This document shows, one piece after another, positions 11,596 to 20,992 of a stretch of DNA of 64,000 nt. Below the pieces are notes generated by a model that was given only the letters and a program-made list of their open reading frames with translations, was not told where the DNA came from and searched no databases. Each line of letters starts with the position of its first letter. Within the stretch, counting starts at the first letter, position 1. The DNA lies in the NCBI GenBank assembly GCA_964583985.1, contig CAZOYD010000011.1:1-64000 (forward strand), given 5' to 3'. Source of the stretch: an uncultured archaeon (GTDB lineage Archaea; Asgardarchaeota; Lokiarchaeia; Sigyniarchaeales; SOKP01). A program made the position numbers and the translations under genes.

Positions 11596-13093
11596 CTTTA
11601 TTCTCTTTCAAATTTATTGTTTTACAACTTGTTCGTTTAGTTCCGCCTATTCTTTCTACTAAAAATAGTCCGGGCTTTACATCTTTTAAACTCTGGGATT
11701 CGATTAATCCTGCTTTAATTATTTCATTATATAATTTATCAGCTTCTTTCGATCTCGTTAATACAGAAGACCATCCATCTTGCGACCCAATCGATCCTAC
11801 AGAAATATCGGCATAATCCGAAGTCAAATCTTCACAAAAATGACAATTATGACGAGCATAGCTCTTGACATCATTTAAAGGAACGTCTAATTGTTCGCCA
11901 GATTTTATTTTAATGATGAATTTACCGCCCCCGATGTTCATTTTTGTCAATTCATTCACATCTTTATCAAATTTCTCTTTTGCTAACTTTACAATTCCAT
12001 CGTAAGGAAATGCTTCCATGCAAAATAAACCGATCTTGTATTTAATATTTTTAAAAAAGGGTAAACCACTTGGATACAGCATTCCTTTTCCCAGAGCTTT
12101 CATCATACAAGGTACTCCAATAAACGCAATTCGTTCATATTTTGTTGCTTGATCAATAATTTTCAAAGAAGGTGAATTGGCGTATTTTGTACCTCCCGTT
12201 TTATATAAATCTTTTACATCATCAATGATGACAGGTTCAGGCTTCCATAATTCTTTTGAATGCTGTACTGCAACAATGGCATCTACTAATTTGTTCTTCA
12301 GCAAATATTCGGCGATTGTCGTTACTACGCCTCCATCTTGTCGTACTTTTACAATGTCTTCATTTGTAGTGCTTCCAGTATAAGCGTTAAAATATGCTCC
12401 AATTTTATCTGACCAATTCAAATCTTTATCTAATTTCTTGATTGCTTCATTAGCTTGGTCAATAGAAAAGGAACGGGGACAAACACTAAAACACAAGCCA
12501 CACTTCATGCAAGTTTCATCATCTATATTTAAAGTATCAGCATCAACTGTAATTGCATTTACAGGACATATAGCAGAACACCATCCACATTGACAACAAA
12601 CACCCGCATCAAACACGATTGAAACGGGTTCAAAATAACTCTCCAAAAAATCATTTGGTAACTCTTTCGCTTGATAGCGATAAAAATATTCCTTGACTTC
12701 GACTTGCTTCTCTTCGCCTTTTATCTTTTTAGTGACCATTTTTGTTTTGACTTCAATCTGCTCCTCTACATACCCCTGTTCTTTCAAGTAGATTACATCA
12801 CGAATGACATTTTTGGCGGGAAATTGGGTAATTTCAGCTGCAATTTCTGAAAGGAATAATGGATTTTTCCCATGAAGTTTTTCAAGCACAATTTTCCGTT
12901 CTGTTTCAGCATCAATCATAGCATCTAAAATTTCATAAAATTCGTTTTCAGAATATTTTCCCGTCTTCAAAATTTCATCCTTTGCTTCAAAAAATGCTCT
13001 TACTTGAAAATTTGCAGAAGCAGCATAGGTTGCTTCCATCAATTCTTTAAGAGATATATCTCCAAAATTGTTGTTCTTTTCTATTGAGACCAT
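11585..13093 (-). CDS. FrhB/FdhB-family subunit with ~150-aa N-terminal helical/winged-helix-like extension
   Basis: CCQCGWCSAICP, CMKCGLCFSVCP, QDGGVVT, GTKY, GVPC, GLFCME, CHFCED...DISVG; ATG 13093. Confidence 0.9.
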   Translation of the reverse strand: MVSIEKNNNFGDISLKELMEATYAASANFQVRAFFEAKDEILKTGKYSENEFYEILDAMIDAETERKIVLEKLHGKNPLFLSEIAAEITQFPAKNVIRDVIYLKEQGYVEEQIEVKTKMVTKKIKGEEKQVEVKEYFYRYQAKELPNDFLESYFEPVSIVFDAGVCCQCGWCSAICPVNAITVDADTLNIDDETCMKCGLCFSVCPRSFSIDQANEAIKKLDKDLNWSDKIGAYFNAYTGSTTNEDIVKVRQDGGVVTTIAEYLLKNKLVDAIVAVQHSKELWKPEPVIIDDVKDLYKTGGTKYANSPSLKIIDQATKYERIAFIGVPCMMKALGKGMLYPSGLPFFKNIKYKIGLFCMEAFPYDGIVKLAKEKFDKDVNELTKMNIGGGKFIIKIKSGEQLDVPLNDVKSYARHNCHFCEDLTSDYADISVGSIGSQDGWSSVLTRSKEADKLYNEIIKAGLIESQSLKDVKPGLFLVERIGGTKRTSCKTINLKENKDEH

Positions 13094-13131
13094 GTTTTTC
13101 AAATCTTTTTTTTATTTTAAATTAAACAATA

Positions 13132-13209
13132 TAAAACCCCATCCTTGCGAGGACACGTCATCCTATAACTAATATTTTTTTATAGGATTCATTCTATGGA
13201 GTTGTTTTA
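13132..13209 (-). promoter_or_regulatory. Eukaryote-type (AUGA/GA) SECIS element
   Basis: Minus strand reads TAG-A-ATGAA-TCCTATAA-AAAAATATTAG-TTATAGGA-TGAC: AUGA..GA core (13192-13189 / 13160-13157), perfect 8-bp upper stem, A-rich loop; directly 3' of two genes with in-frame TGA. Confidence 0.85.
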
Positions 13210-13643
13210 ACCTTGGTTTTTGATAATTTTAAACCCTGAGTACTTATCGGATTGGGACCTAAACGTTGGATTTTTTCAAAAGCGTCTTCAACACTTTTAA
13301 CTAATTTCTCTGATTCTGCGCTACTACACCAATACATATTAATCCTTTGATTGCCAAAACCTCTTTTTTCTAAGATATGATTCGCAAACTCAACATGTTT
13401 TTGAGCGGTAAAATTTCCGACCTTAAATTGGCATTCATCTGGTCTTCATCCGACAACCATCACGCCATCAGCGCCATGGTTTATAGAATGAAGCATGTAT
13501 TTGACGTCCACCCTTCCAGTACATCTCACTTTTATAATTTTTACTGATGGGGTATATTTCATTCGAGAGACGCCAGCTAAATCGGCTGCTCCGTAACCTC
13601 ATTTAAGACATGCAAACATTATGATCTTGTATTTGTGTTCCAT
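13194..13643 (-). CDS. mvhD: Selenocysteine-containing MvhD/VhuD (149 aa; Sec15, Sec66); absent from the ORF track
   Basis: [27 protein letters not shown]...VRCTGRVD...GADGVMVVG-U-RPDECQF...WCSSAES...KTTP*; TGAs at 13599-13601 and 13446-13448 align with Cys of the 5661..6098 paralog; GGAGGT SD upstream. Confidence 0.93.
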
Positions 13644-13648
13644 CTTGT

Positions 13649-15592
13649 TTAACCTCCTTCCAATATTCCATTAATTTCAGCAAATAATTGATCATCCCGA
13701 TAATATCGAATATCGATTGCTTGTGTCGGGCAGCATGTTGCACAAATTCCACATCCATCGCAATTTATCTCATCCACGACAGCACCTATAGATTCAACGA
13801 CTTTAATCGCTCCTTTTGGGCATTCCTTTTCACAACGGTTACATGATATGCAGAATTCCTTTGTAACTTCCGCTACAATTAATTCCAAATCTATTTCTCC
13901 AGCAGAGGTTAACTCTGCAACCTTACTTGCTGCAGCTCTAGCTTGAGAAACGGAATAAGCTATATCTTTTGGTCCTTGAGCGAATCCTGCGATAAAAATC
14001 CCTTTTGTTTTCGTTTCTTGTGGCATTAATCCGAAATGAGATTCTGTTAAAAAGCCGTTTTTATCAGTATCCAAATTGAGAATCTTAGCAATTTGTTGAG
14101 TTCCTTTTGATGGCAATGCTGCAGTAGAAAGAATGACTAAATCGGCGTTAATTTTAATGATTTCATCAGTTAATGATGAATACACCCGAATTTTTACATC
14201 CTTCGTCTCGGGATCTTCAGAAAATTCACCTACTTTTCCGCGAATCATGCGAATGTCAGAATTCTTAGCTCGTTGATAGTATTCTTCAAATCCCTTTTCA
14301 TTCGTTCTGATATCAATATAACATATCGTGATGTTTGCATCCGGAAACTCTTCCTTGAGTAATTTTCCATTTTTAAGCGCTAACATGCAACAAACACCTG
14401 AACAATAGGTACGCTCCGTTTCCCTACTCCCTACGCACTGTATAAACACGATTTCTTTAGGTATCTTTCCATCCGATATTCTACTGACATGACCATCAAG
14501 AGGTCCATTTGGTGCAAGTATTCTTTCCAACTGAGCTTGTGTTATGACGTTTTCGAATTCTCCATAACCATATTCCCCGAAGGGCTCATATATGTCCCAA
14601 CCAGTGGCAATGATTATCGTGCCTACTTTAAAATTTACCTCCTCCGGAATTTGGCTGAAATCAATGGCATGCAATTCGCAAGCTTCAACACAATTGAAAC
14701 ATTCAACACAAGTTTCACGGTTAATATCATAAAGAAATGGGACCGCTTGTCCAAATGAAATATCTATTGTTTTCCGAGCGCCTAAATATTCATCAAAGAA
14801 ATTTGTTGTGTAGGTGGGGCACATTTCTGAACAAGCTCCGCAGCCATTACATTTTTCAGGATCGACGAATCTTGGTTTTTTCTCGACCGTTATCTCGTAA
14901 TTACCCACATATCCCTCAACGCTTTTCACTTCACTATAGCTTAAGATCTCTATGTTTTCATGGCGATTCACATCCAGCATTTTCGGTCCACAAATTCAAA
15001 TGCTACAATCATCTGTTGGGAAGGTTCGGTCCAATTGTGCCATTCTTCCTCCAATAGTTGATTTTTGCTCAACCAAATAGACTTTAATTCCTTGGTTTGC
15101 TAAATCTAACGCAGCATTCATACCAGCAATGCCTCCACCAACCACCAGAGTCGCTTTTTCAACCGGCACGGTTTTGATGGGAATTACTTCTAATCGTCTT
15201 ACTCGTTCAAGCCCACCCTTTATAAGAATTTGTGCCTTTTCAAGAGCGTCCTCATTATTTTCAGTACACCAACTACATTGCTCACGTACATTAACCATTT
15301 GGAAAAAATATGGGCTTAAGCTAGTCTGCTTTATAGACCCCCGATATACTGGTTCATGAGTTCGAGGGGTTCAAGCAGAAGCGATAATTCGATCCAGCTT
15401 TTTTTCCTCGATATCTTTTATTATCTCATTTTGACCGCTTTCAGTACATAAGAATGCATGAGTCTTTGCTACGACCACGTCATCAAATTGTTTTGCGTAT
15501 TCCACTAATTTATTGCAATCAACTTTACTTCGTATATTTATACCTCACTGACATGCATAGTATCCAATCCGATGCTTTTGGGTTTCTTCCAT
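13649..15592 (-). CDS. hdrA: Selenocysteine-containing heterodisulfide reductase subunit A (647 aa; Sec16, Sec74, Sec199)
   Basis: One frame from ATG 15592 to TAA 13649 with TGA at 15545-47 (ACQ-U-GINI), 15371-73 (SA-U-TPRTHE) and 14996-98 (DCSI-U-ICGPK); joins track ORFs 14996..15298 and 13649..14980; GAGGTGA SD upstream. Confidence 0.93.
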
Positions 15593-16140
15593 CCTTTTTT
15601 CACACTCACCTCTAATTTCTACAAAACTGTATTTTTTTTAATTTAATTATTCAAAAAATAATACTCTCAATCCTCCAAACTCAACATCAATAGTTTCGAA
15701 ATCTATTAATTTTTGAATATTTATTTTACTTTTACTTTGACTTTAAATCTATTTATATTTATATATTTATCGCATTGACCGATATTAATAATTCTTGACA
15801 ATTTAATTATCAAATTAGCAATTTTAATTCATATTGAAAAAAAAATGTTGATTTGTTAAGGAAAATAATAGAAAAAGGATTAAAAATTATGGGGTTTCCA
15901 AATTAAATTTTAATAATTAAATAATTCTTGCTGGAATAGGAAATTATTAAAATTTTTTAAATGCTTATTCTATAAATATCGAGATGTAATTGTGAAAAAA
16001 CGTTATGATTTTTCATATTGAATCAAAAATGAGTCAATATGGTTTTTTATTTTAATGGAAAGAACAGAAAAAATTTTTATAAGTTAAAGTTCTATAAGGT
16101 AAATAATTAACAAATATAATAGCATTCTTAGATTTCAGAT

Positions 16141-17745
16141 ATGTGGGAGCCAAACCTTCATCCGGAAGAAATATTTCAAAAACGAGACCAATTGGGTGCG
16201 AAAAACTCCATTAAGATGCTTACTGAACTATTAGACTCCGCTAAAGAGAAATCAAAACGAATAAGTGCAATAAAATATTTAGGTTTGGTTAGTGAAGAAA
16301 ATCCACAAATAAGCACGGAATGTTATGAATCTTTAGAAAATATCTTGATATCAGATGAAGCTATTGAGATTAAATGTGAAGCCGCAAAAGCTCTTGGAAA
16401 ATTAAACCTTGAGAAGGCATTAAAACCATTAAATTGGATCTTAGATCAAGAATCAACCGATCTAACTATAACTCTTGCAGTATTGGAAGCAATATCTAAT
16501 ATTAGATTTGAGGAGCCTGAAATCAAGCTTTTTATTAAAAATATTGCCGCGAAATATACTGATATTAAAAAATTCGCAAGAAATCAGTTACTTGATTTAA
16601 TGCCCGATGTTTTGATAAAATACCTTTTAGAATCTTTAAAAAATGAGAATTTTTCAAATGAACACAAATCTGAAATCTTTAAATTAATAGGCTATGAACT
16701 GTCCAGCATTAATATTTCGTTTGAGGATGTGAGTTATCTTAAATCCAAGTATCCAGAAGTAATAACGAATCTTATAAAACATAAAAATATTGTACTTGAT
16801 GAAATAACTCGAGTTTTAAAGGAAGAAGATTCTGAATTGATGAATTCAATAATTGCAATTTTAAAATTATTAGGGGATGAGATTAAGGACGATCTCATAA
16901 AGCTTTTACTCACTGATGATTTTATTGTCAAGAAAAACGCAATTATCATAGCAGGTAGACTTGGAATAAAAGAATCCCTAGATTCGTTATTTAATAATTT
17001 AGACAGCTTATATTCTGAAGTCACTATAGCTTCTATTGAAGCATTAGGTCAAATAGGAGACATTTCCGCTGTACCTCAACTTTTAGACATTTTAAATATT
17101 GATGATGTCAGTTTTGAATATACTGATATTGATATGAAATTTCAAATTATTGATGCCATCAAAATGATATACCTTCATAATGAAAGTGTTCCATATAACT
17201 ATTTATTCACCTATTTAGAAAAAGAAAATGATACAATAAAGGAAAGTATTGCTTTCATACTAGGAGAACTTGGAAAAGAAGAATTTAACGAAACTTTAAT
17301 TGAGTTACTCAATGAACGAAACTTGGATATTAGGAAAAATGCCATCATTGCTCTAGGAAAAATAGGACAGATAACATCATTAGAAACCTTAATATCTCTA
17401 TTAAATAACGATTCAACCTATTGGTTACTCAAGAAGGTTGCTGCTGATGCGGTTTATAATATATTTCAAAAAAATTGGTTCAGATTTAAGGCTTCTAAAA
17501 ATGAAGCATGGCGCAATCTAAATCAGTATTTTGCTCAATTGATTGAATACTTGAAATCTGGCGAAGACGAAGACTTCAAGGTTAAATTAAGCATGATTAA
17601 AATATTGGGAACTTTTGGAGATAAAAAAGCTATAAACGCGTTATTATCCCGAGTGAATGATTTCCATCGAACTGTTAGGATTCATGCTTCAAATGCAATA
17701 AAACGGATTGAGGAACGACTCGAATTAGAGGAAGAAAAGCAGTGA
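16141..17745 (+). CDS. HEAT/PBS-lyase-like repeat protein
   Basis: Repeated (I/V)x.xAxxALG.(I/L)G units (EAAKALGKL, IEALGQIG, NAIIALGKIG). Confidence 0.85.
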   Translation: MWEPNLHPEEIFQKRDQLGAKNSIKMLTELLDSAKEKSKRISAIKYLGLVSEENPQISTECYESLENILISDEAIEIKCEAAKALGKLNLEKALKPLNWILDQESTDLTITLAVLEAISNIRFEEPEIKLFIKNIAAKYTDIKKFARNQLLDLMPDVLIKYLLESLKNENFSNEHKSEIFKLIGYELSSINISFEDVSYLKSKYPEVITNLIKHKNIVLDEITRVLKEEDSELMNSIIAILKLLGDEIKDDLIKLLLTDDFIVKKNAIIIAGRLGIKESLDSLFNNLDSLYSEVTIASIEALGQIGDISAVPQLLDILNIDDVSFEYTDIDMKFQIIDAIKMIYLHNESVPYNYLFTYLEKENDTIKESIAFILGELGKEEFNETLIELLNERNLDIRKNAIIALGKIGQITSLETLISLLNNDSTYWLLKKVAADAVYNIFQKNWFRFKASKNEAWRNLNQYFAQLIEYLKSGEDEDFKVKLSMIKILGTFGDKKAINALLSRVNDFHRTVRIHASNAIKRIEERLELEEEKQ

Positions 17746-17872
17746 TTCTTGATAATTTCCCCCTCTTTCTGATTTTTTGATATTGATTTGATATCATCAA
17801 ATAATTAATTCCGTATATTTAATTTTCAATTGAAGATTAATAATTCTAACTATCAATTTGAGTTAATTAGTA

Positions 17873-19324
17873 ATGAAAGATATTGAACCAATTGTATTGA
17901 CAAAAGAAGAATTGGAACGCATTCCCGCTGGAATTAATGAGGAAGACTTATTAGAATTTGAAAAACATAGTTTAAATTCCTTTATTGAACCCTTAATTCC
18001 TATTGAAGCAAAAGAACCTGGTTCTGCCTGGGTAAAAGTAAGAGATAAGGAAGGAAAAATGAAAGAACTAATTGATGTTACATCCATGAATTGGACTCTC
18101 TCATTAGGTTTTGCTCATCCAGATATTAATTATGCGGTATATCAGCAGATGTTAAAATTGACACACGTAAGATATAACACTTTGACACCTTCAAGAGCTA
18201 AACTAATAAATAAGCTTGCTGAACTTGCTCCTGGGAAGCTTAAAGGAGGAAGGGTATCAATTAATAATGAAGGAGGAGGGATAGCAAATGAAGCAGCAAT
18301 GAAGTTAGCATTGATGACATCAAGAGGAGCAGATAATTTTGGTGTATTTTGGGGAGCATATCATGGAAATTCATTAATTACTGGCTGTGCCTCTCAACCT
18401 ATTCATTCAGTAAATCGATTTGATTATTTAGGACATGGTTTTTTTACTCGAATGCCTTATCCATATTGTTACAGGTGTTTATGGAAGTATCAAGGAGGGA
18501 TTCGAGGTAAAAAAGATCCTGACTGTAATTTAGAATGCTTTGATTTAGTTGATGGATATATCAAGGGGATGGCGCCTAAACGATTTGCAGGCATTATGAT
18601 CGAGCCAAATCAAGCAGGAGGAGGTCAAATTCCCGCACCTGTCGAATTTTTAAAGAAACTTAAAGACACTTGTGAGGAAGAAAGTGTAAATCTCATTTAT
18701 GATGAATGTCAGACATGTTTCTGGAGAACTGGAAAATATTTCACCCTTACGGAGAGATATGAGAAAGAACAGAATATCGATGTATCTCCTGACATGATTA
18801 CATACACGAAAGGAATTGGAGGTGGATTTCCTTTAGGTGTTTTAATCGCTTCCCCTAAAATTAGGAAAAGATTTGGGCCCTCTGAAGAACATACAACTTT
18901 CAGTTCCAATCCCGTATTAGCTGCTGCAGGGTTAGCTGCATTACGCGTGGCAGAGGAATCCAAATTAGGGGAAAACTGTGAAAAAATGGGACAAAAGATG
19001 ACAAAAAGATTTTTAGAAATGCAAGAAGATTATGAAGTAATTGGAGATGTTCGAGGAGAAGGATTATTCATTGGAGTAGAATTAGTAAAAGATAAAGATA
19101 CTAGAGAGCCATTTACTGAATTATCCGAAGAAATGGTTTTAATAGCTCCAGAACACGGGATGTATTTAGGAGAGTCAATGCCGATTCTCACAATGCGGGG
19201 GCAGATATTACGTAGAAATGTCATAAAGATCAAACCTCCTTTGATCATAACAGAAGAAGATGCGGATTTTATATTGGAAAGATTCGAGGATGTACTAAAG
19301 GAAGGAATCAACAAATTAAAATAA
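17873..19324 (+). CDS. Class III PLP-dependent aminotransferase
   Basis: LGFAHP, AYHG, IEPNQ, DECQT..RTG, DMITYTKGIGGG (PLP Lys), GDVRGEGL, IKIKPPL. Confidence 0.9.
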   Translation: MKDIEPIVLTKEELERIPAGINEEDLLEFEKHSLNSFIEPLIPIEAKEPGSAWVKVRDKEGKMKELIDVTSMNWTLSLGFAHPDINYAVYQQMLKLTHVRYNTLTPSRAKLINKLAELAPGKLKGGRVSINNEGGGIANEAAMKLALMTSRGADNFGVFWGAYHGNSLITGCASQPIHSVNRFDYLGHGFFTRMPYPYCYRCLWKYQGGIRGKKDPDCNLECFDLVDGYIKGMAPKRFAGIMIEPNQAGGGQIPAPVEFLKKLKDTCEEESVNLIYDECQTCFWRTGKYFTLTERYEKEQNIDVSPDMITYTKGIGGGFPLGVLIASPKIRKRFGPSEEHTTFSSNPVLAAAGLAALRVAEESKLGENCEKMGQKMTKRFLEMQEDYEVIGDVRGEGLFIGVELVKDKDTREPFTELSEEMVLIAPEHGMYLGESMPILTMRGQILRRNVIKIKPPLIITEEDADFILERFEDVLKEGINKLK

Positions 19325-19489
19325 CAAATTCTCCTTTTTTTCTTTAATTATCTTAGTATTCTTTAGATGATTCCATGAATAATTTAACATGAAGCTTAAA
19401 TTGTCCTTTCAAATTAATGTTAAGTTAAAATAAAAGACTATTTTTAATGTACATTATTTCCTCATTTAACTTCAAAAGATATATCTAAA

Positions 19490-20992
19490 ATGACAAATAT
19501 GTCTGACAATAACATTATTCATACTTTTCTCAATCCAAAATCAGTAGCGGTAATTGGAGCTTCCAAGAATCCATTAAAAGGAGGAAACAGGATTGTTAAC
19601 AACTTAGTTTCTAACAATTTTAAAGGCAACGTGTTTCCTATTAACCCAAATACGAAAGGACAAGTTTATGGGCTAGAATTTAAAAATAGCATCCTAGATA
19701 TTGAAGAAGAAGTTGATATTGCGATTTTTTACGTGCCAAATCGAATGATACCAGGTTTACTTAGGGATTGTATAAAAAAGGGAGTAAAAGGTGCAATAAT
19801 CGAAGCTTCTGGATTCGAAGAAGTGGGAGAAGCTGGGTTAGCGCTTCGGGATGAAGTTTTAATGATAACTGAGAATTTTACTAAAATCAGGATTGTAGGC
19901 CCAAATTGCATGGGTTTAACTAGGTTTGACGAGAGTAGCTCCTTAGAAAATAAGGGAGGCTTCTTTACCAGTTTTGGAGTCTTTTCTTATTATAATCGTG
20001 GAAATATCGCAATATTGAGTCAATCTGGGATGTTAAATGGAGGTTATTTAATGCATGTTTTCCATCAATATCCAAATATTGGAATTAGATATTCTTGTTC
20101 AATAGGAAATAAGATGGACATTGGAGAGAATGAATTTCTAGAGTATTTAATTGATGATCCAACAGTAAATGTTATAGCTATCTATTTAGAATCATTTAAA
20201 GATCCTCGCAAATTCATAACACTATGTAGAAGAGCCATGACAAAACAAGACAAGACTATCATCATGGTGAAAGGTGGCACAACTTCATTAGGACAAAAGG
20301 CATCACATAGCCACACTGGAACGCTTTCTGAAAGTATCAGATTGATTAAAGGAATTATGAAACAAGCAAACGTAATTCAAGCCAATAGCTTTCATGAACT
20401 ATTTCAATATGCAAGGACTTTTTCCATGATATATAATACTCATAAAACACTTCCAATCAAGGGAAATGCGACAATGGTTGCGGGTTCTGGAGGAGCAGGA
20501 ACCATAACTGCTGATCTTACACATAAACATGGATTGAATTTTCCGATTCTAAGTGATAAAACGTACGAAACACTCTTGAGTGTATTCCCGGAGTGGATGC
20601 CTCCAAACCGATTTGGATTTGTTGATATTTGGCCAGCAATGGAAAAAGCAATGATGAATAATATTCAACCAAAAGTTGTAATGGCTAAGGTTTACAGGGC
20701 ATTGATTGAGGATCCAGAAGTAGAAGGGATTTTTAACATGCTTTTTTGTTCTAAACTATATAGAGGGTTCAATGACATAGATGATATAATAGAGGAGCTT
20801 CGAAATGCACCAAAACCTTTTTTTTATTGGTTAGTCGGAGAATCAAAAGAAGTAAAACGAATGTCTAAATTTTTAAGTAAGAATGATATTCCCGATTTTC
20901 CAAGCTTGGAAGAAATGGTAAAAAATCTTGAAATTTTAGTGCTTGAAGCAAGGCACAAAAAATCTAGAAAGGAATTTACGGTTCCACTATAA
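19490..20992 (+). CDS. ADP-forming acyl-CoA synthetase alpha subunit (CoA-binding)
   Basis: NPKSVAVIGAS, GPNCMG, SQSG, GNKMD, YLES, SHTG phospho-His, SGGAG. Confidence 0.88.
   Translation: MTNMSDNNIIHTFLNPKSVAVIGASKNPLKGGNRIVNNLVSNNFKGNVFPINPNTKGQVYGLEFKNSILDIEEEVDIAIFYVPNRMIPGLLRDCIKKGVKGAIIEASGFEEVGEAGLALRDEVLMITENFTKIRIVGPNCMGLTRFDESSSLENKGGFFTSFGVFSYYNRGNIAILSQSGMLNGGYLMHVFHQYPNIGIRYSCSIGNKMDIGENEFLEYLIDDPTVNVIAIYLESFKDPRKFITLCRRAMTKQDKTIIMVKGGTTSLGQKASHSHTGTLSESIRLIKGIMKQANVIQANSFHELFQYARTFSMIYNTHKTLPIKGNATMVAGSGGAGTITADLTHKHGLNFPILSDKTYETLLSVFPEWMPPNRFGFVDIWPAMEKAMMNNIQPKVVMAKVYRALIEDPEVEGIFNMLFCSKLYRGFNDIDDIIEELRNAPKPFFYWLVGESKEVKRMSKFLSKNDIPDFPSLEEMVKNLEILVLEARHKKSRKEFTVPL

Noticed and set aside
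14996-15298. Track ORFs 14996..15298 and 13649..14980 as separate genes
   Set aside because: They are in-frame pieces of one Sec-HdrA
13194-15592. hdrA/mvhD as nonsense-mutated pseudogenes
   Set aside because: All five interruptions are TGA, all fall on conserved Cys columns, there are no frameshifts or TAA/TAG interruptions, and a SECIS-like hairpin follows
15600-16140. Possible ncRNA or second SECIS in the long AT-rich gap upstream of hdrA
   Set aside because: No convincing AUGA/GA hairpin or GC-rich stem seen by eye; consistent with divergent promoters, though a covariance-model search was not possible
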